Origin: Octopus vulgaris
Lineage: Eukaryota
Direction of reading: 5' to 3'
Assembly (NCBI GenBank): GCA_951406725.2
Contig: OX597832.1
Coordinates: 2,976,001-3,040,000 of the forward strand
DNA length: 64,000 bases
The notes under the pieces are model-generated. The model was given only the letters and a program-made list of their open reading frames with translations, ran no database searches and had not been told where the DNA came from. Positions 11,787 through 25,800 of the stretch are shown one piece after another; the stretch's first letter is position 1, and every line of letters starts with the position of its first letter. A program made the translations under genes and the position numbers.

Positions 11787-14700
11787 GTTAGTTCTTTTTA
11801 AATTTTCCATTTTATTTTCTAATTTTTTACTTGAAACATTGGCTATTCCACATCTTGATCCTTTCTTGCTCTACTGATTCTATTTTTCACAAGATTTAAT
11901 GTTTATTGAACAAAGAGAGTTGGGTTAGAAGTAATGTGAGTTTGTTGTTCCTACATGATATCTTGTAATTGTTATCAATAAAAATTTGATGATATTACAT
12001 TCATTTTTTTTTTTTATCAGACTAGGATTTAATTTTATGTACAGCTAAAGTTGTTTAGCTCTTAGTCAGCCCTTATTTAACAAACGAATGATCAACAGCA
12101 ATCTAGCCATGGCCATCCTACCTTATTTTCAGGGGTAATGCAGTTAAGATTATGTTCTTATTTTAAGATGTGATTTGAGGGAGATTTGGCTGTTATTTTT
12201 AAAATGTCAATTGAGCTTGTAGAGGCTGAATTGACTCAGACTTGGATGAATTTATGACATTGTTATGTCAGATATAATAAATATATTTTCTAGATGTCTC
12301 TTTTTGGGAGAGGAGTTCTGTGAGCTAAGCAAAACATTTCACATGAACTCTTATTATCACTCCTATTTTACTAGATGGAATGACCGCAGGGGTGTTTGAA
12401 GCTTAGTTTCAGATATCTAAGGTTAGAAATAATTTCTTTGCTAGTTTCCATATTATGAAAACTAAGTTTGTACTTATTCATGAACAAAAAAGGCTTAATC
12501 TCTTACCTGATTTAACACCAGCTCCTGACTGTTGGGTACCCTTAGCAGAGACCCTTGCATTATAATTATTGGGCAAAGATCTTAAAGTCTGGAGATAATT
12601 CGATACCTTGGTGTGCTTTTTTATTTTGTGAAAATATGTCTAGTGCTTGTTATGAGACAATATATTATATAGTTATTTAGTGAAGCACCTTTTGAGAAAA
12701 TATGAAATAATGGGGAAATTAATATTATTCAGTAAACAAGATGGGAAAATACATCCATTTGTAATTTTCAAGTTTCCCCTTGTTCTACAAAATTTGGTTA
12801 CAATAAAGCATGGATCTCCATCTTATGATCTGAAACTATTTCACCTTTGAACATATTTATTAATCCCTTACAAAATATGTCTTGCTTTAGAATATAGCTT
12901 ACACACATAGGACAGACAGCATGTGTATTTCAAGAATGTGTTTAAGAAAAAGCTGTCTGTCTGGTTAACAAGCTTTCAATCACCAACTCATTTTACAAGT
13001 TTTCTGAAATTGTTTCTTCTGTCTCTTCTATTGCAACTGTGATAGTTTCTGCTCCTTCAGTTTTGCAGAATGTTTTCTCATTTAACCCTTTCGTTACTAT
13101 ATTTCTAACCAAAATACACCCCTCATGAGTTTCAATTAAATTCTAGAATAATCATGAATTTAGGCTTGTTTCATTAAATAACTGTAACTTTTTTACTTAT
13201 CAACATATTAATGTGATATTTGGAACATAATTAAAGAAAGGGTTCTTAATCAATTCTATTGCATAACTTTTGTCTCAAAGTGACTTTAATTACAGGTAAA
13301 TTGAGCAAAAGGTAAAAATATTAAAATTTTGTGTAAACATCACCATAGAAAATGAATCATCAGCTAATATTCAAATGGGTATGCAACAAAATTTTGATAA
13401 AGAAGAATTGTGCACATCACTAGATCATCAGTTGAATTTAATGCACAACAGGTGTACCATAAAGGTGGAATAAAGTGAAATACTGGAATCCACTGCAAGT
13501 TTGACCGAACTAAAGAAATCGGTCAAAAAATAATATACAGCCCTGGTTATGGTATGGAAGTGATAAATTCCAGACCACATCGTTCCCTAGGCCATGCTAA
13601 CATTATTTTCCCTGTATAAAAACTAAATCCACGCAGTACCCAGTATTTGCTTCACAGATTTTCCGAAATTTGATCCCCCATTTTGTGTTTGTTTACATTC
13701 TGCGTAAGTTTGTTTCCGCAGTGATCGCTTCAAACAATAACTTCCAGACCACATCGTACCCTAAGCCATGCTGACTAACATTAGTTTTCCTGTATAAAAA
13801 CTAAATCCACAACAGTACCCAGTATTTGCTTCACAAATTTTCCAAACTTTGATCCCCCATTTTGTGTTTGTTTACATTCTGCGAAACAGTTTGCTTCCAC
13901 AGTGATTGCTTCAAACTAGCATACTGAAAAAAAATAAAAGTCTAATGGTTTCGCTTCCTAAGAAAGACTATAGATAAACTCTATCTTCTCAGAAAAATTG
14001 CTAATAAAAACATTTTAAAAGTTTTTTACTTCATTCCGATGTAAAATCGTCTTTGCTGTCGCCATCGCTGCTTTGTTTCTTCGGAATCGCTGCTTTCGGT
14101 TAACGGATAAAGAAATATCCCATTCATTCTTGTACATTTGTACCTCATTCATTCTTTTTCTCGATATCTCCCTATTTTCCATTGAAAAAGCTTTAAATTC
14201 GGAATCAATGCTTGATAACATGAAACTCCTATCCATTTTCAAAGTTGAAGAAAAATCGATGCCGAAAAAAATGTGGAAAAAAATCTCCCAAAATTCACTG
14301 TGTTGAGATATCACTTCAAGCAATGTCGGATACTATAAGCCAACTATTTACAAAGTGAAATCACATGTTTTAACGAATGTACCAACGAGATTTGGGTTCA
14401 AATTTACATTTAAATAACAAGAGGTTCTCTCGGCCGGGTTGGTATTGTGAACCAAAAAATTTTTCGCCCAGGTTAGTAACGAAAGGGTTAAATCCATTCA
14501 GTAGGCACTCATTTTTTTCCCCATCAACTCTCTTGTGTGTCTATACACCAGACACTTTTATTTGTGATAATTGCAATTTTTTGGTACCATCCCACCCATA
14601 TTTCACTTACTATGGATCTGAGTTCATTCAAATTAATTATTCTTTCAAATTTTGGCACAAGGCCAACAATTTTAGCGGGAGTTACTTGATTGGTACTTTA

Positions 14701-16140
14701 TTTTATTGACTCACCATCACCACTCCAAAAGGATGAAAGGTGAAGTTGACCTTAGGTGAAGATTAGGTGAAGATTTGAACTCAGAACATAAAGTGCCAGA
14801 AGAAATGCTGCTTGATATTTTGTCCAGTGTGCTAATGCTTTTACTTGTTTGCCATCTAATTCAAATTAAATACTAAATTGCAGTTATTTTTGTATCTTAT
14901 TCTAACGGGGTTCAGCAAATTAGAAAATAAAGTGTTAATATTACTGAAATATGACCTAAATACTTTTAAAATCACATATTAAATTAAAAATTCTTGGTTC
15001 ACAACAGTCTTAATATAGCTTCTTCACTGTTTCTGAAAGCTAAATTAGTATCTTGCTTTTGTGCTGCAAATGTGTTCTCATAACTTTTGATATCAAGAAA
15101 TTCTAAATTGTCTTTTAAGTAAAACAGAATTAGTACACCTAAAAATAAAATTGATACACTACCCAGGCATCTGTAGAAATAACTGCCAAGTCTCAAATTA
15201 AACTCTAGCATTCTAGAAAGGGACACATTCGATAATGTTGAAGTGGTTATGGCTGGATTGCTTTTCATTTATCGGAGCTGAACAACAATATGACTATTGT
15301 TAAACATTCAGAATTTTGAAAATTGTAAACTAACCTTAAGTGAGTTTTACTTCACTATCATCATTTTAGAATTACTAGTATTTCAAGCATCAATTCCGAT
15401 ATTTTTTTTACCTTTTACTTGCTTCAGTCATTAGATTGCAACCATGCTGGAGCACTGCCTTGGATAATTTGTATTTTTCTTCGTATTTCTTTGTAGAGCT
15501 GCTCAAGAAAATGATTCAGACAGTGATTTTGAGGAAGGAAAAATCAAAGCCAAAAGAAAAGGAAGAAATGAAGCACCAGTAAGTTGCCACAGTTTAACTT
15601 TATTATTAATTGATACTATTATAAAATTGATACTTAGCAAATTATGTGTCTATCGTACCAGTGGAAATAGGGAAATGGAATAGCAGAAATAGTAGAACTG
15701 ATGACTAAAATGCCTTGTACTTCATAGTTTTGTTCTACATTCTGACTTAAAACTGTATTGGATATGTCTTGATTTTTTAAAATTCTTCTGGAATTGATGA
15801 AGTAAAGACTAGATGTGTGTTGAGTCATATAGTCTCAAAGGGCTGGCTCACCATTTCCATGTTGTGTATATTCCCTACCTGGACATGATGCTGGTCTGTC
15901 ATAGGGTTGCTTATTTTTGCCAGCTGAGTGGACTGGAGCAATGTGAAATGAAGTGTTTTGCTCAAGAACGCAATGCGTTGTCTAGTCCAGGATTTAAAAC
16001 TGCAATCTTGTGTTATGAGTCCAACTCCCTAACCACTAAACCACATACTTCCACTGTTGAGGTGCTTTAATCAAATATGTGTGTGTGTATACACAAACAC
16101 ACACACACATATATGTATATACATATATATATAAATATAC

Positions 16141-16175
<35 letters not shown>

Positions 16176-16793
16176 TATATACATATCTGACTGGCCTGGT
16201 GCAGCCTTCGGGCTCCCCAGACTCCAGTTGAACCGTCCAACCCATGCTAGCATGGAAAGCGGACGTTAAATGAGGATGATGATGATGATGATGATATATA
16301 AAAATATATATGCATACATACAGGTGCAGGAATGGCTGTGTAGTAAGTAGCTTGCTTACCAACCACATGGATCCGAGTTCAGTCCCACTGCGTGGCACTT
16401 TGGGCAAGTGTCTTCTACTATAGCCTCGGGCCGACCAAAGCCTTGTGAGTGGATTTGGTAGACGGAAACTGAAAGAAGCCTGTCGTGTATATGTATATGT
16501 ATATATATATATGTGTGTGTCTGTGTTTGTCCTCCCAACATTGCTTGACAACCGATGCTGGTGTGTTCATGTCCCTGTAACTTAGCGGTTCGGCAAAAGA
16601 GACCGATAGAATAAGTACTAGGCTGAATAAGTCCTGGGGTTGATTTGCTCGACTAAAGGTGGTGCTCCAGCATGGCTGCAGTCAAATGACTGAAACAAGT
16701 AAAAAGAGTATATATAAATATATATACACATATATATATATATATAAATATATATGCATATATATGTAAATAGGTATACATATATATATATGA

Positions 16794-16834
<41 letters not shown>

Positions 16835-19800
16835 CACACACACACACATATATAAAACCACTACAGATTTGTAGCATTGTGCCTACATGTAGAGTCATTA
16901 TGTCCTTAAGATGTTTTTTCACACACCTGTTTGTGTGATGCTTTACCATTTCTACTAAATCCACTTGTTTAAAATAGCTTTGATAATGGTACTAAGTTGT
17001 GTGTGATCAGATGTGGCATCATTATAGTTGATACATATATATCAGTCTTATTATCTACTAAAAAGTTTATTTGACCAACAGATTCATTTATTAAGTAGTA
17101 AGATTTACTGTAAGAAATTTTGCTAAGAATGTGGAGATTATTTGATATATTATAGATGTTATAAAGATATCAGATATAGAATCATGTGAAACCAGAGCTT
17201 GTTTATGCATTATATTTGCTACTATTTGTATCTTAGAACATTGCTCGCTTTCTAATTAAGATCAGTGCTAGGTGATCCTTTTGTCTTTATAAATTTGAGT
17301 GTGTAAATTTAATTCATTTCAAATGATTCTCTTGTAATAGTCTGCTAAAAGAAGACGAGGAGGAACTGGTGGGCAGCAATCTAACAAGAAAGGAGCTGCT
17401 GCTATGAGCAACATGGAGGAAGAGCCTAAAGACGGTTCTTTATTTGATATTGTTCGGTATGGACGTGTCTCTCTACAGGTAAGAAAACATATATTTATAA
17501 ATTTGTAATAACTGATTTTTAAAAAGACCTGATGTCTGAAAAGTTAAGGTATCAAGTGATAATATAAAACCCCAGCTGGACTAGGTTCTGAATTGGTGTC
17601 TCATTCAGAGGCTAAAGGTACAATGTCATGACCCTTTTTAAGACCTTTGAGACTGGTGGTGTAAGAAAGAAAAAGTTAATTTCAGCCAAATGCTTATTAA
17701 AGAGCACCCAAGTGCCAGTTGATAGTGTTAAATTTACCACTCAAGAACGCTGCCTGAGCTTTGCCCCACCATTTTTTTTCTTCCTTTGGTGGAGCATATG
17801 ATGATATTTTCTGCTACATTTTCCAACTCCATTAGCTTTAAAACCTTGGGGTTTTTTTCTTTGTATCTCTTATGTAGCAGTTGATAGTGATTCAGATGTA
17901 CCAGTTTCATAAATGATGTTATTTATATCTACTTTGACATTATCTGGTCCATTCTAATTACCCTCCACTTAACACTGTTTTAATTACATTTAGAAGAACT
18001 GTTGAACATTTATAATGTAACCCTTCAGGTATTACTGCCTTTCAGCATGAACAAAAAACGAGTTATGAAATTAGAATTAATTGAATTTAGGTTTTCTGTT
18101 TTCAATTTTATTTTACTAGCTTATATTGTAGTGGAGGTTTCTTTTTATTTAATAGCTTCTAGAGATCTGGAAAATGTCTTGAATTCCATTGGAAACTGCT
18201 TTGTTTGTGTATCATTTGTGCTTTAGAGAAAGCGTGAATATTGTAAACCAACTTTACATTTCGTGCTTAAATCACTTTTATAATTTGGATCCTCATCCAC
18301 TTGTATATTGTTGTCGGCCCTGAATTATTCGTCACCACTAATATGTTGTGGTGGTATTCCACGTCTTATTATCTTTGACTTGTCTATCATGCTATTGCTG
18401 ACAGCTCTGCAAGACAATGACTTTGAAGCATTTACCTTGATAGTAACTTGAACTTGTATATATCACGTAACTGACACTGACTTCAGCTGAGAACTTGTAT
18501 AACTGACTGACTGTCTGACTTTATAGTGGCTGGTTCATACCACTTTGTCATGTGGGAAGGAGTTTACCATTTTCACTACAACGTCTCTTCTTTTAGGTTT
18601 TGGTTTTGCTTTGGGAAGCAAGTAATTTTATTTTACTTTATTTATCCCTCCTTTTTTAGCAGGGGTTTTTTTTTCCAACTTAATATTTTTCTTTTTGGCG
18701 TCTATTTGTAGGAACTCTGTGTTCTTTTTCTTCCACTTGTACACATGGGTTCAACCCCTGTAATGGTGTTGGTACCTGGAATGTGTTCTACAGCCACTCC
18801 ATAGGTTCTTACAATCTGTCTGGTTCATTTTCTATGAATCTCAGACAGTAATGATTTACAAAAGAAATTAATCAAAATTTGTCACTCACCTTACAGGTAA
18901 ATTAAAATTACACACAAAGAAAAATAAAAACAAAGTAAATTTGAAAATATTTATAAAATTAAATCACACATATACAAATCAAATAATATTCCTATCATGG
19001 AAACTTCTAAAGCACTCTACTCTACATAATGCAACCTTGCAGAATGCACATTGGAAAGTAGTTTCAACAGACCTTCCACTAGGAGCTTTCCTTTTTTGAT
19101 GAAGGCATTCATGACACTATTTTTTGCGACCCTCGATATTTTTCTAATTTATTGAAATCGGCTGAATTCAGAGGGATATCCCTTTGGAAGGCTTTTGTTT
19201 TTCCTCCCTACAGTTTTTTTTTTTTTTTTTTCCCGGAATAACCAGCTCTCGATTGTGTTGCTATATCTACTCGTAACTGAACATTGCCATATCACTTTCG
19301 AGCCGGTCCCGATTTGGTGTATATTATAAACACATTAATAATATTCATATTTACTATATACCAACCCAGGTATTGCCATCATTTATTCCCCAGTTTGCCA
19401 ACTGGATAATAAGACATCATCTGATTCAGCCGATCTACACCACCCATGTACCTGTTATAATTGAGTTTCACAAATAGGGTGCCATTTTCATCTACATATG
19501 GCTGTGCACAGGTAAAAGATTGATCTACCTCTTATCTCTGTATGTGGTCGCTAGCAAATTTCCTTTCCTTTTTTTTTTTCAATTTTGCTTTTTTTTTATA
19601 TCCAACAGCAGTCCTTTTCTACTAGTGATCACTGTAGCACATGTATGTGTTGCCCCAGTATCTAAATTCTCTGCAAGTTTGACTGAACTAGAAAACTGGT
19701 CAAAAAATAATATACGGCTCTGGTTATGGTATGGAAGTAATAAATTCCAGACCATATCATACTCTAGTCCATGCTAACATACATAATTGTCTCTTTTGCC

Positions 19801-22800
19801 TGTATAAAATTCAAATCCAGAGCAACACCCAGTATTCAATTTGCAAAACTTCCAAATTTTGATCCCCCATTTTGTGGGATTTCCTGGCATATATTGTTAA
19901 AAACGCACCCGGCCTTTATAGCCCACCTTACCCTCATCAATGGATAGATTTCTCCCTGGTTTGTAAACTATTTTATATGTGTTTTGAACACAGTCAATGA
20001 GGAGTCTTATTTTAAAAAAGGGATCAAAGTCTGGTTCTCCACATACTGGTGTACTACTCGTGTCTCTCACATGTAAATATTGTGTCAGTTTTAGAAACCG
20101 TGTCCTCATCATTATACTTGAGACATATTCAACTCCAAAGGGTTCATTGCTACTCCAGTAATTTGTAATTCTGGGTAGCTTTCTAATGTCCATAATAATA
20201 TTTATAGCAAAATTTTCTCTAATCTCGTTTAAGCTTGTGGGAAACCACAAACTATCCTTTTGTTTTGTGTACTTTCAGCGTAACAGTTTATTTCTGCTGT
20301 AATTATTTCAAACAAGCTAAGAGGAAAAAGTAAAAGGAAATAGTCTAAAGCTTTGCTCTCCTGGGAAAGACTGTGACTTGGTCCAGTTTCTTCACAAAAA
20401 TCACTGAAAGAAACAGTTTTTAAATTTTTACTCCATTCAGGTGCCAATTCATTTTCTTTATCGGTGTCATTGGAGTTCTCGGATTCATCACATTCACTTT
20501 TGGAAAATGAAACATCGGATTCATTATCAAATACTACATGCTTTTTTTTTTCAGTTATAGATTTAGATTTCTCAAGATCTGTGGAAAATCCTTCACATTG
20601 TGACTCACTACTTGACAGAATGAGACTGGTATCCATTTTTTGTCAGAATTACGAACTTCCAAAAAGCAACAGGAAAAAATTTGGAAAAAAATCTCCCAAA
20701 ATTCAGAGAATTTTAGAAATGCATCGATCAATGTCAAGAATTAGCTCAGTTGTTTATGCAGTGCAATCACGTGTTTTCAAAAATGTACTAATGAGATTTG
20801 CTCTGACATTCTCATTTAAATATGAATATGTGATTATGGGTGGATTTGGGCATCTTGGTCATATGAACCAAAATTTTTTTCATGTGGCTTTGGGTGGTTT
20901 GGTAACAAAAGGGTTGAATCTCTCTCACTCTCTTCACTCTACCTGCATATGTGGTAATGTCTTTGTCATCACTTTTCTCAGCTTGTGTTGAACAATGATG
21001 TTTTTTGCTAAACATCCTACATAAAATGTCAATTGTATCACTGAAATTTATGTCAGAAATATTTTAGGCAATATAAAGTTACAGTATTTCTCATGCTCTA
21101 TTGTCGCCAGTTTCCTCAGAATCAGACACGTTTTCATTTCTTGGTATTCTTTTTCGAAAATTTGTTCAAATCTTTAGTAATCTGCCTTGAAAGTGATTCC
21201 TTCTTCCAGTCATACTTAAATTCATTTATTGAATTTGCTACATTCTCTGGCAAAAACATACTTTCCAGTTGTGTTACCAACTTCATTAGTTGTAGCATTT
21301 GTTGCTGTTCTTTGAGCTGTTGTTGTTGCTGTTTTTGCAACTCAACTAAACCCTCTTACAAATTTTCTATAATTTTACAGATTTTTTTGTAAAATATATA
21401 CAACAAAAATGTTTGTTCCTCTTATGTTAAGTTGTTAATTTCTCCATGTGAAAATTTTTCAACATCATCTGCATGAATTGTTAATTTTTTCGCGAAAAAC
21501 TTTTCTTTGTTTCAACACCGTCTGTGTGAAATGTTTATATCCTTGTCGTCACTGTTATAATGTGGACCCTCGTCCACTTATATGTTGTTGTCAGCACTGT
21601 AATATTCTCATTGCCTCTAACATGTTGTGGTGGTATTTCGTGTCTGATTATCTTTGACTCATCTGTTGTGCTATTGCTGATAGCTCTGCAAGACAATGAC
21701 TTTGAAAAGTCTACCTTGACGGTAACTCGAACTCATATATATCACGTAACTGGCATTGACTCCAACCGAGAACTTGTACAATGACTCTACTACTACTGGC
21801 CTCCTACAATGATTGACTCTCTGGCTTAATAGTGACTGGGTCATACCACTTTGTCACATGGGAAGGAGTGTACCATTTTTACTGCAACAGTCATATTTCA
21901 ACATTTACCTTTTATTTTCAGTCTCTTATAGATGATTGGATTGAAGCCTACAAAAACGACCGCGATGCAGCTTTACTTGAACTCATTCAGTTCTTTATAC
22001 AATGTTCTGGCTGTAAGGGTAAGATTACACCTTACATGTATTCTAATATGGAACATGCTGAAATTATCAGGAAAATGACTGAAGAATTTGATGAGGTAAA
22101 TATATATGCATATTCTTTTTTCCCAAATATGAAGTGATAAAATTTTCTTTCATAGTCTAAAATTTCCAATTTCAACTAAATTAGTTGTTCATCTGCTAGT
22201 CTTAGTGTTATGGTGGCATCCAACTTTTTTCTAAAGTTAACTTAAAAATGTGTTTTATCAGTTCAAATCATTGAAGAACCTAACTAGAAATTTATGCATG
22301 GGATATAAATGACTGTGTTGTAATGTAAGTAAGTAAGGCTTGTTGATGAATAGATGTCATAATTCAGTGGTTGAAATTCTACACATAGAAAGATCATAAT
22401 CAAGGCACTAGTTATAAACCCAAAAGTTAAATTAGAAGAGCAAAGTTAAGATAGTGTGTCATCAGTTTATTTTGTCATTGTATTGTACAGATTTGCACAT
22501 TACCATGGAGTGAACAGATTTGAAATTCAACATATCTTTTGGGTTATAACTTTCAGCATCAACAGATAGTGAGTGCAGCAACTGAGAGGTTCAGTCTAAT
22601 TGAGTTTCATTCAGTTTTGTTTACTACATAGCAACCATATATGCTCTTCCAGTTATATTGTTTCAATTGCAATATATCAGTTGTTTGACTTATACTTTTT
22701 GTTTCTGTTGATAGCTGTGCAATTATTATAGTAAAAAAAAACTAAGAATAATTTCAATGAGGTGTTTTTGTCTTGGGCAGAAGTTGTCATGTGTGTCATC

Positions 22801-25800
22801 CGCAGCCAGAAGTAAATGGATGAAATGGGCAAAACACAACTGTGCTATGCCACCACAACAAAATAGTGCTAACATGTCTCATTACACATCTAAAGACTTG
22901 AAGGAATTCCTGCACTCAGTAATATCTAGAACTACTTGTACCAATACTGTCAAGTTATCAAATTCTGAAAGCTGACCAAATTCTTAATTCTAAAACCCAA
23001 CAAACTTGAGAGAAGTTATATCATACAGATTTGTCACCCTTCTATGTACAATACACAAAAATTCTAGACAAGTCCTAATAAGTAGGAAAACAAACAAATC
23101 ACAAGTCCCTTCAAGGAGATGGCCCTGCTCAATATGGTGTTGGCAGACACTCCATACCTTCTACTTAGTGCAAACTTTGGACACATAAGCAGTGTCACAA
23201 GAAGATTAACAGGGAATATAGTCTTTGTTTGAGGCAAATGTGCAGACAATAGACTTCCTCAAATGCTCAGTGGGATCATTAGAAGTAGTAAATGGCTTCT
23301 GTTACTTAGGCGACCAAGTTAGCAATGGAGGAGGAAGAATCTAGATTCCATTTTTTCTTTGTTCTTTACAATTACGAATTCTAAACAAGTGTGAATGTGA
23401 AAGTTTTAATAATTTATTTGCTAATTACTACTATGTAGTATCATACTACAACAGCCATTTTTTTCTTGATACATCATGATTTTAAATTAAGAAAATTTTT
23501 TATTGCAGGAAAGTGGAGATTACCCGTTGATTATGACGGGACCACAGTGGAAAAAGTTTAAAACAAACTATTGTGAATTTGTTCAGACATTAGTTCGTCA
23601 GTGTCAGTACAGCATTATATATGATCAATATATGATGGATAATGTTATTTCCCTGTTAACTGGTCTTACTGATTCTCAAGTGCGAGCTTTCAGACATACA
23701 AGTACACTAGCAGGTAAAGTAAAATAGATTTCATTGCTGTATTATAAAGCTATTGGCTCTACTCATAAAGTTATTGAAAATTCCTCACACTTTATACCTA
23801 CCATATGTGCTTTTCTTAGTTTTAGCTGTTAAAATAATGATGATGATTTCCAACTGACAATGCAACAAATTTGGCATTGAAAAGATGCAATTTTGATGAA
23901 ATTGTGCTATACTTTGCAAACAAACTGAACAAGAACAATTATCAGAGTTAGACCTGCTCCCTATTCCCAAATCAGATACCAGCAATATAAAGAGCTATAG
24001 AGGCATTGCATTCTCTTCAATAATAGTAGTCAAATTCATCGACAAAATGATCCTTAACTGATTACAACCAATCATCACTAAACATCTACAATAAAATCAG
24101 AATGGATTTTGACCAGGTAGATCCACAGCAATGCACATTCTGATTCTGAGAAGGTTAATCGAAGAGGTCAGAGCATACAATAGAAAAGCTGTTGTCCTGT
24201 GTGTTGATTTCAAGAAGGCTTTTGATTGCACCCACAGGCAAGATGCTCAAAATCCTGAAAGCTTATAACATACTTCCAAATCTTCTCAATGCAATAGCAA
24301 AGCTTTATGAAGACACAAAAGCAAATATTATGACACCTGATGGAGAGAGAGGTTTCTTTGAAATAACAGCAGGACACTATTAATTTGTATAATTTGCAGA
24401 TGATTATTACTTCAGGTTCAAAGATATGACACCACAAATATAGCTATTCATTCATTTAGACCAGTTGGGCAATATTTTGACCAATTCGTTGACCATTCAG
24501 ATTGTCATATTTCCTAAAATATTCATCCAACTTTCACAAGAAAAAATACAATAGGAGTTAAATTTAAATATTTTCAAAAATTCATAGTGACACCTACTTA
24601 TATATAATTTTTCTAAAGATACTAGAATAGAGTGTTGTTGACGTCTGAATTGTTTCTTTGACAAAACTGATTAGTCAGCTTGTTTATTTCTTTCACGTCA
24701 TCTTCATTGCCTGTTATATTGTTGGAATTTTTTCTACTATCTTTTGCAATAAAATCACCTATTATTGTACTTTCTTCAGGTTTGGGTTATTTTACATTTT
24801 AAATTTCTTAGTTATAAAAAAGCATATAAAATGTATTAAATTCACTTGTCATTTTTTTTTTAACACCTAAAAATAAAAATTTTAAGTTAATAGTTTTGTC
24901 TAATTTTGGATGGTTAAAATAGCTCTTGTATGATGACTGTGTCATGTATTTCTCACTTCAAATGTACTCATAAACCAAATTTATATACCACAAAATTCAC
25001 ATTTTTAAGAATTCCATTTCTACTCATGTTCATGAAGCATTAATAATATATTAAGCTGACTGAATGAACTACTGAAGAATTAGAATTGTAAAAAGATTCC
25101 ATTTGTTTTTAACTTCAAACCAAAACCATATTCTTTTTGTAGCCATGAAATTAATGACAGCGTTGGTAGATGTTGCTTTAAATCTCAGCATTAATCTTGA
25201 CAACACACAACGTCAGTATGAATCTGAAAGACAAAAAAATCAGAACAAGCGAGCTACTGAAAGACTTGACCTGTTAATGACCAAACGACAAGAGGTATTT
25301 TCAGCTTTCCTATCTTTACAAAATGAAACCTTTTGATCATTTCTCTTTCACCTCTGTCACCTGAAAATAATGCATTCAATTTACATTTGCTATGTATAAT
25401 GAAAACTTCAATATTAATGGCTATTAATGAGTTTATACCTCTAAATTTATACACAGTTCCTGTTACAATTTTCTATGGGTAAACTCTGCCAAGTTATCAC
25501 TTGTATTTATGCATACCAATGATAAGACCTGCACTGAGGCTTGCTGTTAAATAACTTTTATGTCCATGTATTGGATATGTAATATAACAAAGCAGGAGGA
25601 AAAGAAAGTATTTACACTACAAAATTAATATTACACAAGATTCTACACTCTCAACCATGGCTCACAGTGAACTGCTTACCAACCTGAACTGTCAGTTGCT
25701 TATCATCATCATCGTTTAACGTCCGCTTTCCATGCTAGCATGGGTTGGACGATTTTGACTGAGGGCTGGCAAACCAGATGGCTGCACCAGGCTCCAATCT

